Shown piece by piece: positions 38,448-49,206 of a stretch of DNA of 64,000 bases. Position 1 is the stretch's first letter, and every line of letters begins with the position of its first letter. Under the pieces are notes generated by a model. It was not told the DNA's origin. It was given only the letters and a program-made list of their open reading frames with translations, and ran no database searches. A program made the translations under genes and the position numbers. Source of the DNA: a virus (Duplodnaviria; Caudoviricetes); the IMG/VR virus record IMGVR_UViG_3300033074_001909, positions 42,333 through 106,332 of that record; one strand, given 5' to 3'.

Positions 38448-40834
38448 ATGAGGAAGAAATTCCGCGTGCTGAGTAAGCAGCGTAAAGCGGCCCTCCGTCG
38501 TCGATTGTCGCACTGGATCAACCGGGCCGTGGCCCGTTGCTACGAGGCCCATCGACGGGACGACGTGGTCCGCCGCAGCATGTACGGCCGCGAGGCCAAG
38601 GGCTGGGCGGAGATTGCCAAGTTCCTCGAACCCGTCCACGTGACCGCGTACCGCAAGCCGGACGGCGGCATGGCCTTTCTGGGGCCAGGAGAAGAACCGT
38701 GAGCGACATCGACTTGAGCCCGCATGCCATGGAACGATTTTCGTCCCACTTGCCCGAGGTGCTGACGCAGCAAGTCGAGCAGGGTATTCCGGTGGGCGCA
38801 CAGCGAGGGGCCGATACGCTGCTGCAATTGCCATGCGGGCTGGTGGCGGTCGTCCGCAGGTCATCGGAGTCCGGCCGGCGGACGGTGGTGACGGTGCTGC
38901 CCAGGGACTATGCCATCGTGAACATGCAGGTCGTGGGGATTCAGCCGCTGGCTACTCCTCGGGGGGCGGATCTCAGTCAATTGCGGGTCGCGGGCGAAGC
39001 GGAAAATCTCCAGAAACTGGCCGAAGAGCATGCCCAGTCCTGCTTGAGTAAGAAGGAGCGGAACGCGATCCTGCGCGGGCTGGGTTATGACGTGCAGGGC
39101 GCAGCAGGTGGGCTATATCGAGAGTATTATCTGGCCGCGATGGACCGGAAGTTTGCGGATATGAGAGCGGCCTACAAACGTCAGATGAAAGGATTGCAAG
39201 ATGGTTAAGGTCTACGTGGTGGAAGATGGCTGGTACTCCAGCAGACACGTGGTTGGTGTGTTCTCGGAAGAGCGCAAAGCGGATGCGGAGACTTTGGCTA
39301 ACTCATGCAAGTGCCAGTGTGAATGCACGGAATTCGAGTTGGATCACCTGCGATTCGTTGATCCAGGCAAATCATTCTGGCACGTTGAAATGAAGCGTGA
39401 CGGTCGGGTGGTGTCGCTTTGTGAATATGACTTGCTAAATCTAGACGACATTGGCGAAGATGGTGTCGTGCCTCCCAACGAACCGGATGCGGAGTGCCGA
39501 CTGAAAACCGTGGGCACTCGGAAATGGCGGCTGCACTGGACAGGGCAAGCCGACAGCGACGAGCACGCCGTCAAGATCGTGAATGAGATTCGAGCGGAAC
39601 TGCTGGCTGGGCATGTGCGTCCTGGCGTGGTGGTCGAGGCCAAGTGAACACAAGGCTGGGAGAACCGACGGTGATTGCGATTGTCCGTGCCGAAATCGAC
39701 TAGCCGAGGAGAATCAATGACCCCGCTCTACTCGGTAGGCACGTGGGATCCGGAGCTCGAGGCGTACACGCCGCAAGTCGGCGTTCCATCCTTCAATCTG
39801 ACGCTCTGGCAGCTTCGCGATTCACTGAGGATGCTACGTGAAATGGGCTACACAGCGCACCGCACGAGGTGTCCAGACGGCACTCATGAAGACAACGACT
39901 GGAGCGTGTTGGTCGAAAGGACCGACGGAAAACCAGAGTCCGAGATCATGAAAGAATGGGAGCGGTAAGCCATGGCCACCGAGTGCCAGGACAATCGCTT
40001 GAAGGATCTCTTGTTCAAGTGGGTGCATGGCCGCACGGACATTGTGAGCGCGCACCTGAATAAGTCGTATGGCTCTTACTTGTTTGTCGTGGTACGCAAT
40101 GCTGTCAGATATGACCCGATGTTTGATGACGAACTTACCGATCTGGACCTAGCGATCGCCGAAGATCCAGAACTGCAACACGTGCGATTCAACACCATAG
40201 GGCTGCCGCCTGTGTCAGATGCAGCGCTGGCGTCGTTTGTGGACCAGAATACCAGCACGGTCATCTACGCAAAGGAGAACGAATGACCCCCGACCGCCTG
40301 AATGAACTCGGTTTGACAATCCTGCATCACCAGGCACTCTCGACCGAGGAGGCTGCCGACCTGTGGCAAGCGCTAGTCGGACAGCGTCCGCGCACGCCGC
40401 AGCGGTGTCATTTTTGCAATGGCGAGGGCTACAAGGCATCGTCAGTGGCGGCTAATCTCGACGCCCAGAAGATGCCCTGTGGCTGCTGCAAAGCGACTGG
40501 ATACAAGGACTGCTGGACGTGGAAGAAGGCAGAGCAGGCTGTGCGAGATGCCGTCGAGGCTACGCGACTGGATGTCCATCGGCTTCATGTCGACCAGGAC
40601 GCACCGTCCGTGTCCGTCCGCATAACCAGAGTGCCAGTGGAACCGATGGCGGTCAGCGAGTTAGCAAATCACGAGGCCCAGCATATGTCCCACGTAGCAG
40701 CAGATTTCGTGGAGGACTGGCTGGTGAATCACGTCGCCATCCAGTCTGATCCCGAGCGATGTAAACTCGCTTTAGCAGCCGTGTCATCACTCAACGCCCT
40801 GTACCAACTGATCGGCCGGCAAGCGGCTAAGTGA
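38448..40834 (+). other. Run of small hypothetical genes (38448-38702, ~38699-39208, 39201-39647, 39717-39968, 39972-40286, 40283-40834)
   Basis: Overlapping start/stop codons and RBSs; no recognisable families. Confidence 0.5.
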
Positions 40835-40974
40835 AATGAATCGAATGATCCACAATGACGGCACGCTTGAAGTTGCGGCGAAAAGTGCTGTCGGTGATCG
40901 GTCGCTAGAAGTCTCGGCGCCCGTTGGCAATATTGCCCGTTCGGGTAGGATGGCCAGCACGGAGGAACCGGACC

Positions 40975-43900
40975 ATGGCGACAGGATTCGCTGATCGGTA
41001 TGCGGCGGAATTTGAAGAGGACAAGCATCCTCGCGACGAAGACGGCCAGTTCACGTTGAAAGTCTCGAAGATCCACGGCCCCAAGGGGGAAAAGTTCGAG
41101 AATCTGGGCGGCAAGCAGCAAGACCTGTTTGCTTTCCGTGGCGAAAAGGGGCAGATGAACCTCTTTTCCGATGCTGGCGTACCGGATGAATTGCTGCCGA
41201 AGCACATCCGCAAGGGCAAGCCGGACACCTACGCCAAGGACGAAGATCCACCCGACTCAGGCCCGCAGTGGATGACCCTGGGCGGCGGCGCGCGGGCCCT
41301 GGTCGCCGAGGACGGCACGATCCTGCAAGGCTGCGAAGGCGTCAAAGGCTACGACCTCGACGAACTGGACGAGACCCGAGACGAGCGGGCCGCCAAGCAA
41401 GAGCAGGCCGAGGACGCGGGCTGGACGAGCGCCAAAAGCGACCGGGCCCGCGAGACATGGGAAGCCTTCAAGAACAGCGACCCGACGCACCCACACTTCA
41501 TCGGCTTGGTCCGGCACGGTGGTAAGTTCCACGCCTTCGACGAGAGCGCTGGGAAACTGCAGGAGCAGCTCGGCATCGGCGATGGGCAGACGGCCGAGTT
41601 CGACGAGGACAAATTGCCGCATCACATGGAGCGGCTGATTGAGAATGGGCATCGGGTAGCCGTGATCGACCGGGCCGAGGACGGGACGCCGGATTTGGAC
41701 AGCGACGCGGACCCCGAGGCCCAGCAGGCGGTGGCAGAGGCCCACGAGGATGTGGCGGAGCAACAGGAGACCAAACCGGCTGCGGCCGGCTTCGGCATTG
41801 AGCCCGTCCATCCCGAGCGACTGAAATTGACCCAAGACGGCCGCGAGATCGGTTACATGAACTTGCGCGTCATGGGGGACCGGGGCTACATCGACGATAC
41901 GTCGATTCACGCCGCATCGCGCGGGCAAGGCGTCATGCGGCAGCTATGGCCGCAGATCGAGCAGCACTTCCGTGATCAGGGAGCCACGTCCATTCGCGCG
42001 GACGTGGTCGATCCAGCGGTAGGGGAAAAGGTCTGGGGACCGCTGGGCTTCCAGAAGGAAGGCATGTCGGGGCCGGTGGAGGTGTATCGCAAGCACCTGG
42101 ACAGTCCGGCAGCCGATTCGGAACAGGCGACCGACAAGCCACCTAGCACCAAGCGTGGTCGACTGCCAAGCACGGACGACCCTGCGCATCACGCCGTGGC
42201 GCAGCGGTTCGGTATCCCTCCGGAAACCGTCAAGGAGATCCTCGAGACGCATCCGGATGAATTATCCCGCCGCGATAACTACTTCCCGCCGAACAGTCAG
42301 CGAGATGAAGTGGTCGGCCCGACACTGGACTACGAGCCCCATCCTCTGGGATCGGCCAAAATCGATTCGAGTCAGCACAAGGCCGGCGAGACCGACAATG
42401 CCTACGTGGATTTCCTGACGGAGTTCGACCCGCAGCAACTGAAACTCAGTGAGCCTGAAGACGGCATGAGCAAGAGCCAGTCCGTAGCTGCCTATGCGGA
42501 CTGGATTAAGGCGGGCATGGAACCGCCGCCTATCAGTGTGTTCGACAGTGCGAACGGAAATGGGAATCTCGTGTCGACAAACCGCCGTCGCGTGCTGGCT
42601 GCGCAGCAAGCTGGCGCCGACAAAATCGTAGGCTGGCACGGGAAGAATAATCCCGAGACGGGATTGCCGCTCAAGCTGGGCGATATCAAGCGAGCTTATG
42701 AAGAAGCCAAGGGGCAGGGCGCGGCAGCATCGGAATCCGACCAGCAGGAGCAGACGCCGGCCGACACGGCCGGCGAAGCGGACGACTGGAACGCCGCCAC
42801 CCAGTCCCCGGCCGAGGCCACCGATGACCAATTGGCCCGGGCCATCGAATTCGCCAGCCACCTGCACGGCCACCATCAGCGTAACGCCCAGAGCGGCCAG
42901 ATCACTCCCGAGCAACTCACCTCCCTGCACGACATGATCGACGGCCACGTGGCCACGATGCAGGCCGAACTGGAAAGGAGAAAGCATGCACAAGACCAGC
43001 CCGCAGACCGAGGAAACGCAGCCGCCAGTCCAGGCGGAACCGATGACGCATCAGCAACTGGCGCAGAAACTCGACCGACAAGCGGAACTGCTGCAGCAGA
43101 TCCTGGCCCGACTGGATCACTTGGAACGCGGCACCATGATGCGGGCCAGCGCATCGCCCAGGCCCCCGGCCCCGTCCGCAGCCTCTTAGAGTCGCTCCAT
43201 CGACTGCGGGACACCCGCAAGACGGGGCAAGTCGAGACGAAGGAACTGGGGCACGAGTACGCCCGGGAAATGTACGATCACTTGAAGTCCCTCCGGCACG
43301 CCGGGGACGACTTTGGCGAGGTGCATGACCTGTCGCAGGAACTGGGCCACGGGGCGATCGGGTACGCGTCCCCCGCCGGCAATGTGGCGATGGTCCCGCC
43401 GAAATTCAAGGGACAGGACTGGCAAGTGCGGTACACGCTGCCGCATGAGTCGCAGCAGGCCCCGGCTGCAACTCCCGCCGACGCGCCCAGTGAGCCAGCC
43501 GGCCAGGGCGACGAACTCGAACTGCTCGACGACGTGATGGAAGGCGACGCCTACGAAGGCGATCTCCCCGCCAGCGACGCCGGAGGCGGCTTCCCGTGGG
43601 AAGATGCCGGGCAGGATGAACCGCCGACCGCCCCGTCGCAGCAGCCAGCGTACTCCGACGCATGGCGCGACCTGCACGCGCAGCATCAGGACTTGGTCTA
43701 CCGCACCATCCCGCATCGGGAGCAGCAGTATCGGCAGGCAGTATCCCAGGCCCAACGCGACCAACAGCGGTTTGCGGCGAAGGCCGCCGAGTACCAGTCA
43801 CAGGCGGATCAACTCGAGAGCGTCACGCCCCGCGATCCGGCTCACGCCGTGCGCATGAAGTCGGACCGGCCTTACGCTGAGGCCCGCCGGCGGATCGACA

Positions 43901-46044
43901 AGCTTCGCAAGATGAGCGCCGACTTGGATCGCAAGGCCGACGAAGCGAAACTCCATCCCCGGATTGAGTTCGCGCGGCAGCAACTTGCCGCCTCTCAGTC
44001 GGCCGCCGAGCAGTTAGCGCAGCAGAAGGCCGAGGCCGGTGGCGCCTTGGCGCCCGAAGTCGACCCGGACACGGGAAAATCGATCAGCCGTCGCGCCTAC
44101 CTGGCCAAGCAGCGCGCGGCCGGCCGGGCCGTCCAGCAGGGGAAGGGGGTCAGTCCCCGCACGCCGCTGGGGCGCGCCATCATTGCGGCGGTGGGCGATG
44201 ACCCGGTCGAACAGCAGCATTTCGGTGAAGTCCTGAAAGAGATCCACGCCAACGACATCGACGCCGTGCGGAACCGGAACGACGCCATCAAGGAAACGCT
44301 GGCGAATTTTGGGTTCATGGGCCGGGATGCCGGAAAATTCCTGCAGGCGATCCGCAAGTACGAAGATGCGGACCAGTTCCTGCGCAAGAGTCCGCTGGGT
44401 AACAAATTCGACCAGATGACAGAGTACGCCCTGACGCACTTTGGCGAAGTATTGGACGTGGCGCACACTCGCACTCACGACGACCCGGAAAGCGCGTTCT
44501 TCGAGACGCTTCAGCGAGGCCTGAAACGCGTGCCCGAGCCGCACGATGACGAGGTGGTGTCGAAAGCCCTGGAGTATTACCTGTCCAGTCTGGAGTCATC
44601 GCGCGCCCACGAAGAGCGATTGAAAACCGATCCCGCGTACCGAGAAGAAATGGCCGCGATTGAGCGAGGCGATTACACATTCTCGCGGCAGGGCGCTAAG
44701 ATCCGGTACGCCCGCTGGGCGCGGCAGAGACTCAGCCGGTGGTATCGGTATGCCCGTCAGTTGTCGCTGTTTGATGATCCGGGCGGACTGCAGTCCGCAA
44801 CCAAGCCGAAGCCGAAAGGCAAGCAGAAAGGCCTGTTCGACGAAGACGACCACCCACGGGCCACGGAACACGTCGAGATCAAGGGGAAATCCTACGAGGG
44901 CGGTCAGTGGATTCCCAAGGACGAAGCGGCGCAGGCCAGCCCCGCAGCGGCGGAGAAAATTGAAGTCGTCGACCAGGACACGGGTCAAGCCCAGCCGCTG
45001 GACGAAGTGGAAGAACAGCCGTCGGAATCGCCCGGCGCAGAGCCGGCCTCGGCAGATCCAGAACCTTTCGAGTTCAAGACAGCCGCCCAAGCGGCGCAGG
45101 AGGGAATGTCTTTCGCATCATGGCAGCAGCCGATTACAGACGCCTATCGTCATGAGCGGATCGACGAGGATCATCCAGCCTGGCAAGCAGTCTTAAACGC
45201 CCCCAATGTGTCGGACTACAACGACGCCAGGCACGTGTTTGGCAAGCATGTCCTCGCGCATGCCGGCCAGCAGGAGGTCTTTGGCACGGTCACGGCGCTA
45301 TCCGACGACCTGCAATCCGGCACGATCACGATGCCCGACGGCAGAGAGGCCAAGCACTTCATTTCCAACATGAACGACCTGGGGCCGTTCCTGCAGGATC
45401 GCTTGAAGCGGTACATTGCTACGAAGGGGCTCGACGAAACGCGCGAGGCGCTGGCCCGTAGCGAAGCAGCCAAGTATTTGGCGGGTGTGATGGCCCAAGA
45501 GGCATTCCAGAAGCAGACCAACATCGGCGAGGTGATCAAGGCGCACGGGTTCGGCCTGAAGGAAGGTATGGCGATCCGGAGCATGGTCGCGGATGAGTTC
45601 ATGAAGTTGCAAGAGGCAGCCAAGCCCCAAGCGAGCGACGCGCGCAAGCGAGCTCAAGAGAAGCGGCGGCAAACCGACGAAGCGGCGGAGAAGAAGCCAG
45701 ACGACACCGCGACATCCGCCGGCAACTACGAGGGCATCCTGCAGGAATCCGCCCCCTACGAAGAGTACGGCGACAACTACAATCGGAACATCGCAGCCTC
45801 AGCTAATCGGCTGCGCGACGCGATGGAGCGAGGGCACGATGCCAAGATGCTGGATCACTTGGCATCCGAACTGCGCACCCGGATCGACGTGCATGGGAAG
45901 AAGCCACAAGGTGGCGGTGAGGCCGAACGAGGCGACAAGCCAGACGCAGCAGGAGCAGCAGCCGAAGTCCAGGATCCAGAGCAGCCAGCCGCCGAGGCCG
46001 TCGCCAGCGATCAAGAATCCAAGATGGTGATCATCGACAAGTAG
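40975..46044 (+). CDS. Large polyvalent protein (HPR motifs, MutS-I-like, GNAT, ParB-like domains)
   Basis: RBS GGAGG; 'EDKHPRDEDGQF'; 'LVRHGGKFHAF..LIENGHRVAV'; 'SRGQGV..WGPLGF'; 'PPISV..NRRRVLAA'. Confidence 0.7.
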   Translation: MATGFADRYAAEFEEDKHPRDEDGQFTLKVSKIHGPKGEKFENLGGKQQDLFAFRGEKGQMNLFSDAGVPDELLPKHIRKGKPDTYAKDEDPPDSGPQWMTLGGGARALVAEDGTILQGCEGVKGYDLDELDETRDERAAKQEQAEDAGWTSAKSDRARETWEAFKNSDPTHPHFIGLVRHGGKFHAFDESAGKLQEQLGIGDGQTAEFDEDKLPHHMERLIENGHRVAVIDRAEDGTPDLDSDADPEAQQAVAEAHEDVAEQQETKPAAAGFGIEPVHPERLKLTQDGREIGYMNLRVMGDRGYIDDTSIHAASRGQGVMRQLWPQIEQHFRDQGATSIRADVVDPAVGEKVWGPLGFQKEGMSGPVEVYRKHLDSPAADSEQATDKPPSTKRGRLPSTDDPAHHAVAQRFGIPPETVKEILETHPDELSRRDNYFPPNSQRDEVVGPTLDYEPHPLGSAKIDSSQHKAGETDNAYVDFLTEFDPQQLKLSEPEDGMSKSQSVAAYADWIKAGMEPPPISVFDSANGNGNLVSTNRRRVLAAQQAGADKIVGWHGKNNPETGLPLKLGDIKRAYEEAKGQGAAASESDQQEQTPADTAGEADDWNAATQSPAEATDDQLARAIEFASHLHGHHQRNAQSGQITPEQLTSLHDMIDGHVATMQAELERRKHAQDQPADRGNAAASPGGTDDASATGAETRPTSGTAAADPGPTGSLGTRHHDAGQRIAQAPGPVRSLLESLHRLRDTRKTGQVETKELGHEYAREMYDHLKSLRHAGDDFGEVHDLSQELGHGAIGYASPAGNVAMVPPKFKGQDWQVRYTLPHESQQAPAATPADAPSEPAGQGDELELLDDVMEGDAYEGDLPASDAGGGFPWEDAGQDEPPTAPSQQPAYSDAWRDLHAQHQDLVYRTIPHREQQYRQAVSQAQRDQQRFAAKAAEYQSQADQLESVTPRDPAHAVRMKSDRPYAEARRRIDKLRKMSADLDRKADEAKLHPRIEFARQQLAASQSAAEQLAQQKAEAGGALAPEVDPDTGKSISRRAYLAKQRAAGRAVQQGKGVSPRTPLGRAIIAAVGDDPVEQQHFGEVLKEIHANDIDAVRNRNDAIKETLANFGFMGRDAGKFLQAIRKYEDADQFLRKSPLGNKFDQMTEYALTHFGEVLDVAHTRTHDDPESAFFETLQRGLKRVPEPHDDEVVSKALEYYLSSLESSRAHEERLKTDPAYREEMAAIERGDYTFSRQGAKIRYARWARQRLSRWYRYARQLSLFDDPGGLQSATKPKPKGKQKGLFDEDDHPRATEHVEIKGKSYEGGQWIPKDEAAQASPAAAEKIEVVDQDTGQAQPLDEVEEQPSESPGAEPASADPEPFEFKTAAQAAQEGMSFASWQQPITDAYRHERIDEDHPAWQAVLNAPNVSDYNDARHVFGKHVLAHAGQQEVFGTVTALSDDLQSGTITMPDGREAKHFISNMNDLGPFLQDRLKRYIATKGLDETREALARSEAAKYLAGVMAQEAFQKQTNIGEVIKAHGFGLKEGMAIRSMVADEFMKLQEAAKPQASDARKRAQEKRRQTDEAAEKKPDDTATSAGNYEGILQESAPYEEYGDNYNRNIAASANRLRDAMERGHDAKMLDHLASELRTRIDVHGKKPQGGGEAERGDKPDAAGAAAEVQDPEQPAAEAVASDQESKMVIIDK

Positions 46045-46119
46045 TAGACGGTTTATCCGGGATGTGCGACACTTTCCACGCCCGCCAGTATCGCGGCCAG
46101 CCCTTGAACGGAATCATTC

Positions 46120-46521
46120 ATGCCACGTGCCAGCGCTCCCAGTCTTGCCCAGGCCCAGGTGGTGACCGCCGATCTGGTGACCACCTTGCGTGACTTGCTC
46201 CCCGTGTTGCTCCAGAGCCCCCGCGCCTGGGCCATCCGCTATCAGGTGAGAATCCGTAACGGCACCGTGGACCGCCGCAATTCCAAAATCTGGGACGATT
46301 CCCTGGATGATGTACCTTTTCGCGACGGCGAAGACGTGGACGTGGCCATGCAGCGCATCGAGGGCATGTTTCTCAAATTCCTGCCGCGGTATCTGGGCAA
46401 TGGCACCAACGGGGAAGCAGAGATCCTTGTGACGATCAAGGACAAGCGGGTAGCGTTTGCCACGGCCCTGGAGCGGCAACGGCTGTTCACGTGGAAGGCG
46501 GACGGCACGAGTGCCACGTAG
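46120..46521 (+). CDS. Hypothetical protein upstream of the type IV-B operon
   Basis: ORF ends 8 nt before csf1. Confidence 0.5.
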   Translation: MPRASAPSLAQAQVVTADLVTTLRDLLPVLLQSPRAWAIRYQVRIRNGTVDRRNSKIWDDSLDDVPFRDGEDVDVAMQRIEGMFLKFLPRYLGNGTNGEAEILVTIKDKRVAFATALERQRLFTWKADGTSAT

Positions 46522-46529
46522 GACGTTAA

Positions 46530-47279
46530 ATGACCGCCCCGCAATTATTTGCCAGCTACTGGCCCGAGGGACCGCATCGCTGCTACTACTGCGGCGGGCG
46601 ATGCGACGAGACGCATCGAGCTGCTGATCTGGTCCAGTCGTCGTTTACCGCACGTGATACCGTGGCTGGCGGTGAGTACGTGTGCCCTGGCTGCATCGCT
46701 GCGATGGACGAGAGGGCCACGATTACGCTGGCCGACGGCGAAGTGCGCGAAGGCCAGCGGGTCCGCTGCTACTCCTGGGTCATCACTGCCGAAGCGGCGA
46801 TCGCTGCCACCAAAGCTCATCGCGCGTGGCTGACAGGAGCGTGCCTGTCGCCTCCAGAACCGCCCTACGTCATCTCGATCAGCGACAGCGGGCAACGGCA
46901 CCTGCTGTATCGTGCCGTCGTATGCCATTCTCGCGAGATCATTACCGCCACTCTGGAGGGCGAGCGGGTAACATTCACACCCTATGAGCTTGACGAGCGG
47001 TTGACGCTGTGTCGCAAACTGATCGCGGCAACCGGCAAGCCGGCTCTGTCCGAAGCACCGACTGCACGATTCGGCATGTCGGTAGTCTCGCATCACGACG
47101 ACGAATCACTGATCTCCACGTGGCTGGAATGTCGCGAGCAACCGCTGTCTCGCCTGGCGGCGTGGCTCTCGCCTCCCAAGGAGGAATGCTTACTTGAGTT
47201 CCCAGCACCAGCAGCTCCCGCCCCCACTGCCTGTGCTCGACACCGAGCAGTTCAGGCAACGTTTAGCTGGCTTGATTGA
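46530..47279 (+). CDS. csf1: Type IV CRISPR Csf1 (Cas8-like large subunit)
   Basis: CxxC...CxxC zinc finger; 'PPEPPYVISISDSGQRHLLY'; operon context. Confidence 0.8.
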   Translation: MTAPQLFASYWPEGPHRCYYCGGRCDETHRAADLVQSSFTARDTVAGGEYVCPGCIAAMDERATITLADGEVREGQRVRCYSWVITAEAAIAATKAHRAWLTGACLSPPEPPYVISISDSGQRHLLYRAVVCHSREIITATLEGERVTFTPYELDERLTLCRKLIAATGKPALSEAPTARFGMSVVSHHDDESLISTWLECREQPLSRLAAWLSPPKEECLLEFPAPAAPAPTACARHRAVQATFSWLD

Positions 47280-47667
47280 CCAGCGATCCGAAGTGGACGC
47301 CGAAGATTTCGCCAGCGTGGCGGCGTGCGCTATCCATTTTGTCTCGTCGCTGCCGATTGTGTTCGGCGAGCAGCTCGAGCGCACCACACTGTGGGATAAG
47401 ATCGGCGCCGCCCTGGATACCGCTTACGCCAAGACCGCCGCCGATGATTGCGACTTCTTTATCAGTCGCGTGCTGGAGTCGATCCTGGCTTCTCCGGCGG
47501 CCGTCGCTCGCTGTGAGGCCATCGGCCAGGTGATAACGTGGCTCTCCGCTGCGCCGACTGAGATGCGGCACGCGTGGCTGCAGTACATCGCCACGCACCG
47601 CTATGCCGTGCTCGTACGCGCTCGCATGGCCTGGGAGCAGCAGAAGGAGGCTCGCGCCAATGCCTGA
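47194..47667 (+). CDS. cas11: Type IV-B small subunit (Cas11-like)
   Basis: Small helical protein between csf1 and csf2; RBS AAGGAGG. Confidence 0.6.
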   Translation: MSSQHQQLPPPLPVLDTEQFRQRLAGLIDQRSEVDAEDFASVAACAIHFVSSLPIVFGEQLERTTLWDKIGAALDTAYAKTAADDCDFFISRVLESILASPAAVARCEAIGQVITWLSAAPTEMRHAWLQYIATHRYAVLVRARMAWEQQKEARANA

Positions 47668-48544
47668 GACCTATACGATCCTCTGCGTGAGTGAAGCCGC
47701 CTCGCCAATCACGCACATGAGCGGCAGCGCCGGCAATGAGGCGATTATCGCTCGTGCGCCCGTGATGACGGATCGCGGGAAACTGTGGATACCATACCTC
47801 TCAGGTAATGCCCTGCGCCACCGTTGCGTGCGAGATCCAGGCGTGGATTTCCTTTTGGATCTTTACGAACTGCGAGGCAAACTTACACTGCCGCAGCTCA
47901 ATTTCCTGCGGCACGGCGGAAATCTCACGGAGTCCACCGCACACGAGAACACGGCCCGCATCGCCGAGATGAAACGCACTTGGCCGCTACTGCGATTGCT
48001 GGGTGGCTCGTTGCCAAACCAGATCCTGGCCGGCAGCCTGCAAGTCTGGCGTGGTGAACTGGTGTGCGAGGAAAACCGCCAATACCTGGCCACGCTCGGA
48101 GACTGGCTGCCCACGCGGCGACTCAAGGCTGCCGAGGAGTTCATCGGGAACTACCAGTACACGCGCGGCGATGCCGCGAAGTCCGGCGAGGCTCAGGCGG
48201 AGGAGGATCGCGAGAGCAATCTGATGATCTTCGCTGGCCAGCAGGTCAATCGTGGCTCGCTGTTTGTGCATGGCTTCGTGGCGCCTCACGCGTCGCGCGT
48301 CGAACTGGGCGCGCTGCTGCTGTCGCTCCGACTCTGGCAGTCCCGCGGCGGGACGATCGGCGGACAAGCGGCGCGCGGCCACGGCCGGCTGGCGATGTCC
48401 CTGGTCGGTGCGATCGACCAGTCGTGTGTGGACGAGTACGTCGAGTACGCGATCAGCGTGCGAGATGCGGCGATCGCGTGGCTTGAGGACTGCTTTGCGA
48501 AGCGAGCCGACAAGCCAGCGAAGACAAAGAAGGTGAAGGCATGA
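47660..48544 (+). CDS. csf2: Type IV CRISPR Csf2 (Cas7-like RAMP)
   Basis: 'SPITH', 'PYLSGNALRH', 'LRLLGG', 'IGGQAARGHG'; RBS AAGGAGG. Confidence 0.85.
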   Translation: MPETYTILCVSEAASPITHMSGSAGNEAIIARAPVMTDRGKLWIPYLSGNALRHRCVRDPGVDFLLDLYELRGKLTLPQLNFLRHGGNLTESTAHENTARIAEMKRTWPLLRLLGGSLPNQILAGSLQVWRGELVCEENRQYLATLGDWLPTRRLKAAEEFIGNYQYTRGDAAKSGEAQAEEDRESNLMIFAGQQVNRGSLFVHGFVAPHASRVELGALLLSLRLWQSRGGTIGGQAARGHGRLAMSLVGAIDQSCVDEYVEYAISVRDAAIAWLEDCFAKRADKPAKTKKVKA

Positions 48545-49206
48545 GCCTGCTCGTGATCGCGCACCTATCGTCGCCGCTGGCCGGTGATGCGCCGATGCTG
48601 GACGGACTGCTCGAGTTCGAGATGTCGCAGAGACTCGGTGCGGCGTATAAGGTCCGCCGCGATCAGCCTGCACCGCCCGCCGGAGCGATCCATATTCCGA
48701 TGCTGCGGCGCGGTATCGGCGGTTGGAGTGTTCCGCTCTGCTCGTCACCGATCTACACCGCCGAGAGTGATCGGCATGAGTACATCGGCAAGCGGCTGGC
48801 GGTCGAGCACGCCAGTGATTTACGCGAGGATGCACGGCTGGTCGTGGCGATGGGCAACGCGACCTACAAGTCATATCGCCTACCGCTGCGAGTGAGGAAT
48901 GTGTCACGCGTGGCGTGGTTCTGCGAGGGGCATCGATCGCCGATTTTGAAGCTGCTCAAATCGGTACACGCGATCGGCCGGAAGCGGTCAGATGGATACG
49001 GTCGCGTGGCGCGATGGACTGGCGAGAACGTGGATGGCAATCATCACTGGTACGGCGAGAGCGAGCACGGCCCGGTGCTCATGCGACCGCTGCCGTTTGG
49101 CGACTGGCTGCCGCGCAGCCTGCTCGGCGCGAAGCGAGATTTCGGTGCGGTCGTCGCGCCGTACTGGCATCCTGATCGCTATGCGGAGATTGTGGTGCCA
49201 TGCTGA
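48541..49206 (+). CDS. csf3: Type IV CRISPR Csf3 (Cas5-like RAMP)
   Basis: 'LDGLL', 'IGRKRSDGYGRV', 'MRPLP', 'PYWH'. Confidence 0.85.
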   Translation: MSLLVIAHLSSPLAGDAPMLDGLLEFEMSQRLGAAYKVRRDQPAPPAGAIHIPMLRRGIGGWSVPLCSSPIYTAESDRHEYIGKRLAVEHASDLREDARLVVAMGNATYKSYRLPLRVRNVSRVAWFCEGHRSPILKLLKSVHAIGRKRSDGYGRVARWTGENVDGNHHWYGESEHGPVLMRPLPFGDWLPRSLLGAKRDFGAVVAPYWHPDRYAEIVVPC

